Origin: Desulfomonilaceae bacterium | Lineage (GTDB): Bacteria; Desulfobacterota; Desulfomonilia; Desulfomonilales; Desulfomonilaceae | Direction of reading: 5' to 3' | Length of the DNA: 64,000 bases | NCBI GenBank assembly: GCA_041740635.1 | Contig: JBGSLQ010000034.1 | Coordinates: 5,726-69,725, forward strand | Shown: positions 18,905 to 28,968 of the stretch, in pieces | Numbering within the stretch: the first letter of the stretch is position 1 | How the letters are laid out: each line of letters opens with the position of its first letter | Notes under the pieces: generated by a model | Seen by the model: the letters and a program-made list of their open reading frames with translations, nothing else | Databases searched by the model: none | What the model was told of the DNA's origin: nothing | Program-made: the position numbers and the translations under genes

Positions 18905-21544
18905 ATGGATTCCACTTTCTTTTCAAAATCGATTCGGGAGAAAGAAGGTAGTGCCCCCGAAACCGGCGCGGTTTCGTCAAAAGACCTCTTACCATTTCCC
19001 GGCACGAACAAGTCTTCCGATTACTCGGTATCGGCGGATTCGAATATTGGTCCCAGTCTGTTGGCCGCTGCTTCACAGGGTCGGACTGATTTGGTGGAAG
19101 AAGTACTGTTCTTTGGTGCAGATGTAGATTACCAGGACTCTTCGGGAAAGACCGGATTAATTGAAGCAAGCCTCTGGGGGCGATCTCAGGTTGTAAAACT
19201 GCTGATCGACAGAGGCGCATCATTAGATAGAACAGATCATCAAAGTCGAACAGCGCTGATGCACGCCGTGTTTTGGGGACACGCAGATATTGCGGAAATA
19301 CTCCTGAATGCAGGCGCAGATCCCCTTAAAGAGGATGCGTACGGCTATACTGCACTGCATTGGGCGGCATGTCGAGACCAGTCGCATATCGTGCAGACTT
19401 TGCTTAAATACGGGATACCGGTCGATCCGCAAAATAGCGAAAAAGAGACACCCCTTATGCTGGCATGCTCCTCAGGGCATGTATCGGTAGCTCAAGTGCT
19501 TTTGGAGAACGAGGCTGAGAGCGAAGCATCCGACAAGAAAAAGGGTACTCCGCTGATCAAAGCCGTCTCTTCTGGCCAAACGGAAGTGGTCAGGTTCCTC
19601 ATAGAATCCGGAGTAGACATTAATTCTCAGAACGAATCGGGGGATACGGGGCTCACAGAAGCAGCGCGTGTCGGGCTCGTTCCTATTCTCGAGGTACTCG
19701 TTGAAGCAGGGGCTTGGATAGATCATCAAACAATCTTCGGAAATACGGCGCTTATGCGCGCCAGTTACTCCGGACGTTTCGATGCGGCGAAGCTTCTTCT
19801 GGAACGCGGAGCAGGTTTGACCGCGCGAAACAAGTACGGCAATTGCGCGCTCCTGGAGGCCTGCATAGGTGGCCATCCGGAGGTCGCGCGCCTTCTCCTG
19901 GCATCTGGTGCAGATGTGCAGACGCGAGACCTGAAAGGCAGAACTTGTCTCATGTTTGCGGCATCTTCAGGATTTCTCGAGCTGGTCCGTGTTCTTTTGG
20001 AGTGGGGAGCCGACCCGCTCGAACACGATCAGGAGGGCAACACCGCGTTGGATTGGGCTTACTCTGACTATCATCCTGAGGTAGTCCAGCTTCTCACTGA
20101 TGCTCGCGCATCATCGAGAATCGATCCTGACAGTGCACCAACAGCCGAACACATTGCCACTCAGTCACTGGACATTGTCGATGGCGCGGATCCTCTGGGA
20201 CAGACACCTCTTATAATTGCAGCAGAAAAAGGCGACGAGGAGTGGGTGGACTATCTTCTTGGGGAAGGGGCTCGGATCAATTCCGCGGACAGATTCGGAG
20301 ATACCGCCCTGATGAAAGCAGCCTCAAGGGGACAATCGGCCGTGGTGGAGCTGTTGCTCTCGCGAGGAGCAGACATAAACGCGAAGAACCGGTACGGTAA
20401 CACGGCCCTAATGAGAGCGGCGTTCAAAGGAAATCTCAAGCTTGTCAAAATGCTTATCGATTCAGGAGCGGACGTGCATACAACGAATCGCGAAGGCAGC
20501 ACGGCTCTGGAAATTGCTGCTTTCAAAAATCATTTCGGCGTCGCGAAGCTCCTCCTGGACTGCGGTTCAGATATCAACGCGGCGGATGATTACGGCGACA
20601 CCCCTTTGATCAAGTCCGCTGCAATGGGTCACACTTCTATCGTTAAACTGATGCTGGCCCGGGGAGCTAATATCAATGCCAGAAATCATCTAGGCAATAC
20701 TGCCCTCATAAGAGCCGCTTCCAACGGCCACCTGAACGCGGTTGAACAGCTCCTGGCCGCACGGGCGGATGTTCATGTGAAGAATATGTACGGGAATGAT
20801 GCCCTTTCCAAGGCATCCCTCAAAGGACATACAGCAACTGCAAATCTCCTGGCAATCAGTGGCGCGGAAACCATTACCATGGGCCAAGAGCCTACCACAA
20901 GCCAGACTGAAGGACATCCCGGTCACGAGTTAATCGATTTTCTGTTGCAGACCGATGAGTCTGTTGACGATAACTGGGAACAAATCGTCTCTGCGCTCAA
21001 GAAAGCAGACCCTCAAGAATTGGAAGCTCTGGTGACTCAGGACGCTGACCTGGCTCTCAATAACAAAGTACGAGACATGATTTTCGCATTGTCCGTGAGA
21101 GCAGGCCAACCGCACCCGGTTCGAAAACTTCTGGAGCGGGGTGCCGGAAGGAGTCAGGGTATGCTGGACCATGGATTGATCGTCGCTGCTTCGCAAGGAA
21201 GCGTGGAAGTTGTCGAGCTTCTTCTTAACTGGGGGGCAGTTCCAAATGCCAGGAACAAATCGGGAAAAACAGCTTTGATGAAGGCAGCGGAAGCCGGATA
21301 CAAAGAAACAGTGGAATTACTGCTAAAAAACGGTGCATTGCCGGATAGTCAAGGTGCCGATGAGAATTCTGCTCTTATGCGCGCCTCTTACAGAGGCCAT
21401 TTCGAAGTGGTGAGACTTCTGGTGCGCGCTGGAGCTGACATAGCTGCTCGCAATAACCACGGACATTCGGCTGTCGTACTTGCAGCAACCGCAGGGCACC
21501 ATGAAATTGCCACGTTTCTCCGAGCACTGGATCCAACAGAATGA
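18905..21544 (+). CDS. Ankyrin-repeat protein (~22-24 repeats in three blocks)
   Basis: Ankyrin consensus blocks separated by two non-repeat linkers; track start is 18827, ATG 18905 preferred. Confidence 0.93.
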   Translation: MDSTFFSKSIREKEGSAPETGAVSSKDLLPFPGTNKSSDYSVSADSNIGPSLLAAASQGRTDLVEEVLFFGADVDYQDSSGKTGLIEASLWGRSQVVKLLIDRGASLDRTDHQSRTALMHAVFWGHADIAEILLNAGADPLKEDAYGYTALHWAACRDQSHIVQTLLKYGIPVDPQNSEKETPLMLACSSGHVSVAQVLLENEAESEASDKKKGTPLIKAVSSGQTEVVRFLIESGVDINSQNESGDTGLTEAARVGLVPILEVLVEAGAWIDHQTIFGNTALMRASYSGRFDAAKLLLERGAGLTARNKYGNCALLEACIGGHPEVARLLLASGADVQTRDLKGRTCLMFAASSGFLELVRVLLEWGADPLEHDQEGNTALDWAYSDYHPEVVQLLTDARASSRIDPDSAPTAEHIATQSLDIVDGADPLGQTPLIIAAEKGDEEWVDYLLGEGARINSADRFGDTALMKAASRGQSAVVELLLSRGADINAKNRYGNTALMRAAFKGNLKLVKMLIDSGADVHTTNREGSTALEIAAFKNHFGVAKLLLDCGSDINAADDYGDTPLIKSAAMGHTSIVKLMLARGANINARNHLGNTALIRAASNGHLNAVEQLLAARADVHVKNMYGNDALSKASLKGHTATANLLAISGAETITMGQEPTTSQTEGHPGHELIDFLLQTDESVDDNWEQIVSALKKADPQELEALVTQDADLALNNKVRDMIFALSVRAGQPHPVRKLLERGAGRSQGMLDHGLIVAASQGSVEVVELLLNWGAVPNARNKSGKTALMKAAEAGYKETVELLLKNGALPDSQGADENSALMRASYRGHFEVVRLLVRAGADIAARNNHGHSAVVLAATAGHHEIATFLRALDPTE

Positions 21545-21837
21545 TGGTAAACGATTTGAGAGTTCAGAAGTTCAAGAGAAGAAAAAAAGGTAGTAACAGA
21601 CCGAGGAGGGAAGCAAGGTTCGCATTGAGTCCTGCTGCCGGGGGTAACCTCAGTCTGTTGAATGAAAACTACAGTGCATGGTGAGAGACCATAGCAGGCC
21701 AAGGACCTTGGAGTCAAAGATTTTTTGCTTTAGAGGCGAGCTATTCGTTTTTAAAAGGAAAATCATCAAGGCTTGCAGGAGAGGACTCGTAGTCTCCGTT
21801 GCGCCATAACATGGACTGGAACAGGTCCTCACATGGC

Positions 21838-22266
21838 TCATGTCTTTTTGGGCTTTGGAGGACTGATCAAAGCCTCACCTTCCAGCACCACTTCCCCATT
21901 CTGGTTCGAACAGGTCGTCTTAAAACGGATTCTGTTCTTTTCTTCCAATATTTCAATGATTTCCACTCTGGCCGTTATGGTGTCGCCAAACATTACCGGA
22001 GCGAGGAAGCTCAGTTCCTGTTTCAGATATATGGTACCGGGTCCGGGCAATTGGTTCGCCAGAACCGCTGAAATCAGACCCGCGGTCAGCATTCCGTGGG
22101 CAATCCGCGTCTTGAAGAACGTATTGCGAGCGTACTCCTCGTTCACATGAGCAGGATTGAAATCACCGGTTATTCCGGCATAAAGATATACATCAGCCTC
22201 TGATATGGTTTTGGCCGACTCTGCCGCATCACCCACTTTTAGCTGGGTAATCGTTTTTCCCATCAT
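21838..22266 (-). CDS. phaJ: MaoC-family (R)-specific enoyl-CoA hydratase, PhaJ-like
   Basis: GDFNPAH and RIAHGML hot-dog motifs; AGGAGG RBS; position in the PHA operon. Confidence 0.85.
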   Translation of the reverse strand: MMGKTITQLKVGDAAESAKTISEADVYLYAGITGDFNPAHVNEEYARNTFFKTRIAHGMLTAGLISAVLANQLPGPGTIYLKQELSFLAPVMFGDTITARVEIIEILEEKNRIRFKTTCSNQNGEVVLEGEALISPPKPKKT

Positions 22267-22287
22267 GCTTACCTCCTGAACACTGAC

Positions 22288-23361
22288 TTAGAACCATGAT
22301 TTATGGCCCCAGATTTCCTGTTCCAGCGCCATTTTGTCCCGTTGCAGCATGAAGTAGAGTGAAGCATTCCGAATAGCAAGTCCGCCTTGATGACCGAGGG
22401 CAGTCGCGAGCTGAATCGTGTCTTGCGAAAAACCGTTGCTTGTTTCACTGCAAAGTTTCATGACCCCGATAACTTCGTCAGCGACCCGCATGGGTACGCA
22501 AAGAATAGACTGAATCCCCTCTCGCTCCATGGCAGCCTTGTACACGCCCTGATCTTTTAGTGAGGCTATAACCGTTTCGCTTCCAAGGACTCTGCGTAAC
22601 GCGGTCTCATTGATAACCGGGCCTTTGTTCAAGAATTCTTCACTCAGTCCGTAGCTGGCAACCAGGTCGAGACTCCCGGTTTCCTGATTGAGCAGTCGGA
22701 CGGCAACGCCCTTCATACCGAATGCATCGGCGATGTCCGCGGTCATAATGTGCAAAATTTTCTTGATGTCCAGGCTTGAATTCAAATTCGCCGCGAATTC
22801 GCAGAACAGAAGCGACGTTTGTTTGATGCGCTCCAGCAATTTTGTATTCTGGATTGCCATGCCTCCCTGTTCCGCCAATGCTGCAAGGAAGTGTATTTCA
22901 TCTTCCGAAAAAACCCTTTGTTCGGAAGTATAGAGCGAAAGCACGCCAATAGGCTGGTTCCTCACGAAAACCGGTACTACCAGAATGGAAGCTATACCTT
23001 CAGCCTTCTTGACATCATGATTCTCGAGTCGCGGATCCGTTGTAGCATCCTCGATGGAAAGATGCTTTCCCTGTAGGACTTCTGCCACCACTCTCTTGGC
23101 ATTCATGGGATGCGCGTGAAGATAGGTTTGGGAAAGTCCATACTGAGCAACCGGCACAAATACCTCTCTTCTTTCGTCAGCTAAGAACAAACATGCAGCC
23201 TTACCGTCCATGGTTTCAACAGCGCTCTTGCAGATAAGGCTTAAGAGTTCTTTCTTGCTCAGTGTGGTCCCGAAAGCCTTACTCACTTCACAAAAAGTTT
23301 GAAAATAATCTTTCTTCGTGGTCATAAGCATCTCCAGTTCCCGAATATCAATTGTATTCAA
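22288..23361 (-). CDS. Tandem GAF-domain protein without an output domain
   Basis: Two homologous GAF units (GIASILVVPV...IGVLSLYT...FSEDEIHFLAALAEQGGMAI and GIQSILCVPM...IGVMKLCS...FSQDTIQLATALGHQGGLAI). Confidence 0.88.
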   Translation of the reverse strand: MNTIDIRELEMLMTTKKDYFQTFCEVSKAFGTTLSKKELLSLICKSAVETMDGKAACLFLADERREVFVPVAQYGLSQTYLHAHPMNAKRVVAEVLQGKHLSIEDATTDPRLENHDVKKAEGIASILVVPVFVRNQPIGVLSLYTSEQRVFSEDEIHFLAALAEQGGMAIQNTKLLERIKQTSLLFCEFAANLNSSLDIKKILHIMTADIADAFGMKGVAVRLLNQETGSLDLVASYGLSEEFLNKGPVINETALRRVLGSETVIASLKDQGVYKAAMEREGIQSILCVPMRVADEVIGVMKLCSETSNGFSQDTIQLATALGHQGGLAIRNASLYFMLQRDKMALEQEIWGHKSWF

Positions 23362-23423
23362 TTGGCAGCTATGCAGAATTCATATCAGTATCGTTTGAAG
23401 GCTCCTTCAACGTTCCGGATCGA

Positions 23424-24503
23424 TCACGAATCGCGTTTTCGCAACCATTTAACAATTTTAGGAGCGAATTCTTTCTGGCTTTTGGAACTCACGTAGATCC
23501 CGATATGACCTGTATGGAGGCAAACATCCTCGATATCGGAGCTGCCCACCATGGCCGTCAGCTTGTTACATGCTTCAGGAGGAACAAGGTGATCGAAATA
23601 TCCATAGAAATTCAGCAGGGGCATGGTAATGTTTTGCAAATCGACGCGTCTCCCGTCCACCATGAGTTGGCTCTGAATAAGGAGATTCTTCTGATAAAGA
23701 TCTTTGATGAACTGCCGAAACGTTTCACCCGGAACATCGGGGCTGTCGAAAATCCATTTTTCCATACGAATAAAATTTTCAACGAAAGACTTGCTGTCGA
23801 TATTCTCAATGAGACCCACGTACTTGTCGATCATCAAACGCGCCGGATTCAATAGCAGAAACCCAAAATTCAGCAAATCTCCCGGCATGTTGCCGAAGGA
23901 GTCCACCATTCGGTCAACGTCCATATTCCTGGTCCACACGTGCAGCAGACCTTGTTCGGTCTCGAAATTCGTTGGGGTAACCGTAGTGATAAGATTTTTA
24001 ATTTTTTTCGGGAACAAGGCCGAATAGATAACAGAAAAAGTACCGCCCATGCAGATTCCCATGAGGTTGATCTTATCGATCTTATGTCTCTTCCGGATAA
24101 AATCGACGATTGAGTCCATGTACCCGTTGACATGATCGTCAATGGTCAAATAACGATCCTTGCGAGTCGGATATCCCCAATCGATCATGTACAGGTCGAT
24201 TCCCGCGTCGAGGAATACCTCTACCACACTGCGCCCCGGCTGCAGATCCAGCATTGTCTCTCGATTGATGAGTGCATAGACGACGAGCAACGGAGTCTTC
24301 ATCGATTTCTTGCCCGTGGGACGATAATGCTTCAGTTTCACCCGGTCTTCCTGGTAAACGATCTCGTGCGGAGTACTCGCGATTGTCGTGTCCAGGGACC
24401 CCTTAAATAAGTCAGCCGCTCGCTGGGCTTTGTTTTGAGCTTTCTCCACATCTTCCGCCAGAGCGGAAATGAGGAGATCTACAGGTATCTTCGACTGCCC
24501 CAT
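23424..24503 (-). CDS. phaC: Class III polyhydroxyalkanoate synthase subunit PhaC
   Basis: TPLLVVYALINR, lipase-box GICMGG, catalytic D (FDHLVPP) and H (TGHIG); ~360 aa size typical of class III. Confidence 0.95.
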   Translation of the reverse strand: MGQSKIPVDLLISALAEDVEKAQNKAQRAADLFKGSLDTTIASTPHEIVYQEDRVKLKHYRPTGKKSMKTPLLVVYALINRETMLDLQPGRSVVEVFLDAGIDLYMIDWGYPTRKDRYLTIDDHVNGYMDSIVDFIRKRHKIDKINLMGICMGGTFSVIYSALFPKKIKNLITTVTPTNFETEQGLLHVWTRNMDVDRMVDSFGNMPGDLLNFGFLLLNPARLMIDKYVGLIENIDSKSFVENFIRMEKWIFDSPDVPGETFRQFIKDLYQKNLLIQSQLMVDGRRVDLQNITMPLLNFYGYFDHLVPPEACNKLTAMVGSSDIEDVCLHTGHIGIYVSSKSQKEFAPKIVKWLRKRDS

Positions 24504-24530
24504 GAAAACCTCCCTAAGCTTGTCCGATCT

Positions 24531-25436
24531 TTACCCTTGAGGATTCGATAATTCCGGAATCAGCTTCTCTATCGTTCTTATTTTCTTTTTCAATAGATAG
24601 ATTTCTTTGTACAATTCATCCATTTCCTGCTGCGATGGCACAGGAAGAATTTTCAGAGCGTCTTGAAGCATCTGGGAACGCGCAATAATAAATTCATTCA
24701 CCGAATCGAGTGTTTTTCGCAGCGTCTCGAGGTATTCGGGGGATTTGAACAGTGTCGCATAGTGATTTTCCAGGATTTTTATCCACATGCGGTAGTATTC
24801 TTTCGAATCGTCCGGGAGTTTGCCCGAATCAGTCATTTCGGCAAGTTTGTCCTGCATTATTTTCAGGGATTGCTCCAATGGAAGGTACAGCAACGAAAGG
24901 AATTCCGTCAGTGAGGTCTGAAACAGATTGTACCGATCGACAGCAGCATTGAAGTGTTCTTGATACCCCCGCGCAAGACCGACCTGAGGTATGTGGAAAA
25001 AGTGCCGGAACTCTCTCTCGTACACCTCTGTGAGTACTCTGAAGGACTGTCCCGAGATGTCATTGAGCCTGTGATCCGAAGCGCATTGACCGACTCTGCC
25101 GGCTTTTTTCAGCCATTCCTGTTGGGCAAGAAAAAAGCTGTTGGCCACCGGCTGTGTCATTTTGACAAACACCTCGGGCAACGAATTGATACCTTTCGCC
25201 CAGGATTCGGCTGCCGCCGGTTCAGCCATGGAAGCGGCAAACGCCTTGACCGCTCTCATGGTGGATTGCAGGGCTTCTTCAGCCCGACCTTTTTCCCGCG
25301 ACTCACCCGTATCGGACTGCTGCTGTTGTGAACCGTTCAGATCGGATTCTGTCACGGTCGTCCAGAAGTCAGTGGAAGTCTTGAGCCACAGTTCCATAAG
25401 AGACTTCGCACCCACGGTTTCGCGCTGTTTTTCCAT
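24531..25436 (-). CDS. phaE: Class III PHA synthase subunit PhaE
   Basis: IPQVGLARGYQE, YYRMWIKILE...LFKSPEY, LPVPSQQEMDELYKEIYLLKK; directly upstream of phaC. Confidence 0.9.
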   Translation of the reverse strand: MEKQRETVGAKSLMELWLKTSTDFWTTVTESDLNGSQQQQSDTGESREKGRAEEALQSTMRAVKAFAASMAEPAAAESWAKGINSLPEVFVKMTQPVANSFFLAQQEWLKKAGRVGQCASDHRLNDISGQSFRVLTEVYEREFRHFFHIPQVGLARGYQEHFNAAVDRYNLFQTSLTEFLSLLYLPLEQSLKIMQDKLAEMTDSGKLPDDSKEYYRMWIKILENHYATLFKSPEYLETLRKTLDSVNEFIIARSQMLQDALKILPVPSQQEMDELYKEIYLLKKKIRTIEKLIPELSNPQG

Positions 25437-25725
25437 CGAAATTGACCTCCCCTGATCGGGCTAAGCTCCGATCCGCGATTCCCGGTCGTATCAGCCGCTA
25501 GTCACATTGGTCCCGGGTCTTGATTAATTACGAGCAAAAATAATTCCGTACCGTACTATCTTTGCCGTTTAGCCTTTCGGTGTCAACCGAAGTTCTCTTG
25601 CCTGCACCGGGAAATACGAACCAGCACTGCCACTCGGTATTGTTTTCTATACAGCGACAACATGCACGGATTGTTAAGAAACGGACAATGGCCAGTTAGA
25701 AACTCCAGTGATTTGCACGCGAATC

Positions 25726-25754
25726 TTGACAAAGATTATTTTTCGCCCTAGTCT
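25726..25754 (+). promoter_or_regulatory. Sigma-70-type promoter for the phasin-like gene
   Basis: TTGACA-17 nt-TAGTCT. Confidence 0.5.
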
Positions 25755-25948
25755 GAAAGAGTTACGATTCTTGATCAGATCTCATTGTTATCGATTTTGA
25801 CGCACTAAAATTCGACATAGACGTAATATTACGATTTGTTGACCCATAATTTAGTTCCCTGTGACACATGGAACCCTGAAGAACCGAATCACTCCTGGTG
25901 TTCACCTGCTCATCACAGGGCTATTATGCTCAGAGAGGAAGGCAAATT

Positions 25949-26311
25949 ATGAAAGAGCTGTTCGATCAAACTACTCAGATGATGGAAAAAAGCTGGACGT
26001 TTTGGAAGCAAATGGCTTCCAAATCACCCCTGATGCAGAGCACGGACGCCGGCTTCGCAGGAAAATGGAGTTCCTGGATCGGCACTGTGCGATCTTCGTA
26101 CGACATCAACATGGCCACGTGGCAAACGTTCATGGAGCAGAGTGAAGAGACGTTTTTCAGGGGTTTGAAGCAGGCGCCCTTCTACAATGAAGCTCTGGAG
26201 AAACAGTTCAGAGATTTATGGGAAGGCTTGAAGAAAGCGCAAAGTCTGCAATACGAGATCGCCAAGAGCCAGATGGAAAAGATGGAAGAACTCCTACGAA
26301 AGTCAGAATAA
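25949..26311 (+). CDS. Small amphipathic helical protein, putative phasin (PHA granule protein)
   Basis: 120 aa, AGAGGA RBS, divergent from phaE; function inferred from context. Confidence 0.6.
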   Translation: MKELFDQTTQMMEKSWTFWKQMASKSPLMQSTDAGFAGKWSSWIGTVRSSYDINMATWQTFMEQSEETFFRGLKQAPFYNEALEKQFRDLWEGLKKAQSLQYEIAKSQMEKMEELLRKSE

Positions 26312-26354
26312 CCTTCTTTTCCGGCAGAAACATCATTCTGAGACCAACTGAGAA

Positions 26355-26388
26355 GGAAACCTTCTGAGCAGAAGAAGGTTTCCCCGAT
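26355..26388 (+). repeat. Single hairpin arm of the 54005-54164 repeat family
   Basis: GGAAACCTTCT-N7-AGAAGGTTTCC-CCGAT, matching the GGGAAAC..CTTCT..AGAAGGGTTTCCCCGAT arm. Confidence 0.6.
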
Positions 26389-27180
26389 TTCAAGAAAATT
26401 GCTGCCTGCAAGCATATCGCCTGATATACTTCTTTCGACTTTCCAGGCACGTTCGCCGCCCCTACCAATTCGGTACGTCCTCGCTTCAAATTGAAAAAAA
26501 ATGCGAAAAAGAATGTGCACGCGAGTATTCAGAATGTTGAGTCAGTTACTATAGAACGTGAGTTGTTTGATACTTGAATTGACCAATGAAAGTCTTAGGG
26601 AGTTTTCCGATTCTATCCTTGATGCGCCGTTATTCGACGTCTCTTGAAAATTGACATGTTCGTACATGGATGCATTTCGCACTCGTTTCCGAGCACGAAG
26701 TTCGCTCAATATATAAGAAAATTGTAAATCAGAGTACTCCCCTTTTCATAAAGTCATTTTTTGCGTATACTGGATTCCAAAGACGATGGATACAGTCCAG
26801 TCTCTGGAATTACGCATTCAAATTGTGTTGGGGGGATTTTGTCCGATTAATTGACATTTATAAGTTGCTAGTGTTCTCAGTATGTGTATTGCCCGCTTTT
26901 CAGAATCTCCCTTACATAAGAAAGGTTCGTTTCTGATTACACGAACTAAAACAATTATCTGACAAGAAAGATCTATGCTTGTCGCAAGTAACCTCTGAAC
27001 GACACAATCGAGTGGAAAAGCCGTTCATGAGTACTCCTGCTCCACCAAGCGACAGTTAGAGACGACAGGTGGAGAAAATAAGGAGCCCAAAAGCCGTGGT
27101 CGGAATTAGTAAGGAGAGGATTGGATGAGACATAATTTGACTCATAAGAAAAGCACAGTTGGGGGAAGGTGGAGGTGAGC

Positions 27181-28281
27181 ATGCCTCCTCGAAAAACTCT
27201 TTTCGTAATTGCTGAAACGGAGGAAGAATTGATGAGAATTATGCCTGAATTACAGAAGTCATTTGAGGGAACCAGCCGCTCAATCACCCTGGAGCAGTTG
27301 GAAGATCGGATTGTTCTGGACGGGGCCGTGGCTGACGCGCAGGATGTGCAGGACGCCGGAACTGACGGGGGGCAGGTCGATAGTCTCGGCTGGGTGTACG
27401 TCGATAACGGATGGTGGCAGGAGGATAATGGTAGCGGATGGTGGTGGGACCAATCCAGCGGATGGTACTGGAACCAGAATACCGGCTGGTGGGTGCAGAA
27501 TTCCGGTGAATTCTCCTATTGGTATCACGGGCTGCATCAATACTGGGCGCAGGAAACTTCAACCGGCAACTGGTTCTGGTGGGACGATATCAGCGATCAG
27601 ACCTGGGAACCGGCATTCACTTGGTTTGCAGACCAGGTTAATTCACAATGGATGTGGGCTTATAATGATTCTACCGGCAGCAGTTACTACGCCGACGAAC
27701 TCAATTATTTCTATCAGGATCATACAGACGGCCAGTGGTACTGGCAGGATGAAGTGAATGAGAATGGATGGGAATTAGCCTTCACCTGGTTTGTCGACGG
27801 TTATGGCGTGATGGTATACAACGATTGGCATTCCAGTGAGTACATCTGGGGCAACAACTTCCACTACATTCAACAACACACCACGCATTATGTAAATGAA
27901 GCGCCCATAGCAATGGTTCCGGGAGCACAGAACTGTAATGAGAATGCGAGCCTCAAGCTCCCTGCCATTTATGTTTATGATGTCGATTCTCTTGGTGATG
28001 AGATTCAGGTATCTCTTTCCGTGAGTCACGGCACATTGAGTCTCGCCAGTACGACCGGACTGTATTTTATCACAGGCGATGGGACGCAAGACGCTCAGAT
28101 GGTGTTCCTCGGATCATGGGCCGAGCTCAATGCGGTGTTGCATGACGTTACTTACAACCCGGATCTCAACTACTCTGGCTCCGACGAACTCTCTCTTGTG
28201 GTAAACGATCTGGGGAATGCAGGTTCCGGAGGAGCTCAATCGACATCCCAGATTGTTCCTATAAGCATTCTTGACATATAA
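27181..28281 (+). CDS. LEPR-XLL-motif protein with Trp-rich central region and one cadherin-like adhesin repeat
   Basis: ITLEQLEDRIVLDG motif; ~25 Trp in ~155 aa; C-terminal NEAP...YDVD...LSVSHGTLSL...YNPDLNYSGSDELSLVVNDLGNAGSGG. Confidence 0.8.
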   Translation: MPPRKTLFVIAETEEELMRIMPELQKSFEGTSRSITLEQLEDRIVLDGAVADAQDVQDAGTDGGQVDSLGWVYVDNGWWQEDNGSGWWWDQSSGWYWNQNTGWWVQNSGEFSYWYHGLHQYWAQETSTGNWFWWDDISDQTWEPAFTWFADQVNSQWMWAYNDSTGSSYYADELNYFYQDHTDGQWYWQDEVNENGWELAFTWFVDGYGVMVYNDWHSSEYIWGNNFHYIQQHTTHYVNEAPIAMVPGAQNCNENASLKLPAIYVYDVDSLGDEIQVSLSVSHGTLSLASTTGLYFITGDGTQDAQMVFLGSWAELNAVLHDVTYNPDLNYSGSDELSLVVNDLGNAGSGGAQSTSQIVPISILDI

Positions 28282-28921
28282 GGCCAACACTGAGATCTGA
28301 TGCCATTTCGCATTCTGAAGAATGAACCAGCCGTGTGAAAGGGCTAAAAACAAATGAGGAAGCCACAAATTGTTGGGGCTTCCTCCTCAGATCGATCATT
28401 GCCAAAAAACGCGGGCTTTGGCAAATTCTCATCCGTCTTGCCGAGATTCCTTGCCAAAGCGACAGAAATCAAAGACTATCGACGTCCGTCACTGACCACC
28501 GGGGGGCCAAGAAGGGCCACCCGATTCAACACAGGGGGGAAAAAACCAAGAGCGTCTCTCCGAGGTCTCTTGCGATGCTGTTTACGACATTTCTGAAGCA
28601 ACCTGGCATAATTGGACTCTTATTCAGAGGTTTCACATGGCTTAAGATTCACTCGCTAGTCGCTGGTCATAGCCGTGGAGACCAGATCCCTTTGAAGAAA
28701 AACACATATGCGGATAGTATTTACCATTCTCCATGCCCAACACGGACCAATCTGAGGTCAAGCATGTCGACCGAAGCATGAAACTATTATTCAACGTGAG
28801 TCGTCGAAAATGGAGCAAGAGAGGCAGGTCGGCAGGAATCACAAATCCGTTCGGTTGTTATCCCTCAGTTATCCCCTCTGTCCGTAAGTCAGTTGCAAGA
28901 CTTATAATCCATTGGAATCAG

Positions 28922-28968
28922 TGGAGCCGGGGATGGGAGTCGAACCCACGACCTGATGATTACGAATC
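28922..28968 (-). repeat. 47-bp att-like duplicate of the tRNA-Thr(CGT) 3' half, inverted relative to the tRNA
   Basis: Reverse complement GATTCGTAATCATCAGGTCGTGGGTTCGACTCCCATCCCCGGCTCCA is identical to 49472-49518. Confidence 0.95.

Noticed and set aside
25533-25548. GG-N10-GC sigma-54-like site upstream of phaE (CGGAATTATTTTTGCT, minus strand)
   Set aside because: The -24 element deviates from TGGCAC at several positions; too weak to list.
28282-28921. ORFs beside the tRNA fragment checked as integrase remnants
   Set aside because: No R...H-x-x-R...Y tyrosine-recombinase or serine-recombinase motifs seen in any listed frame.
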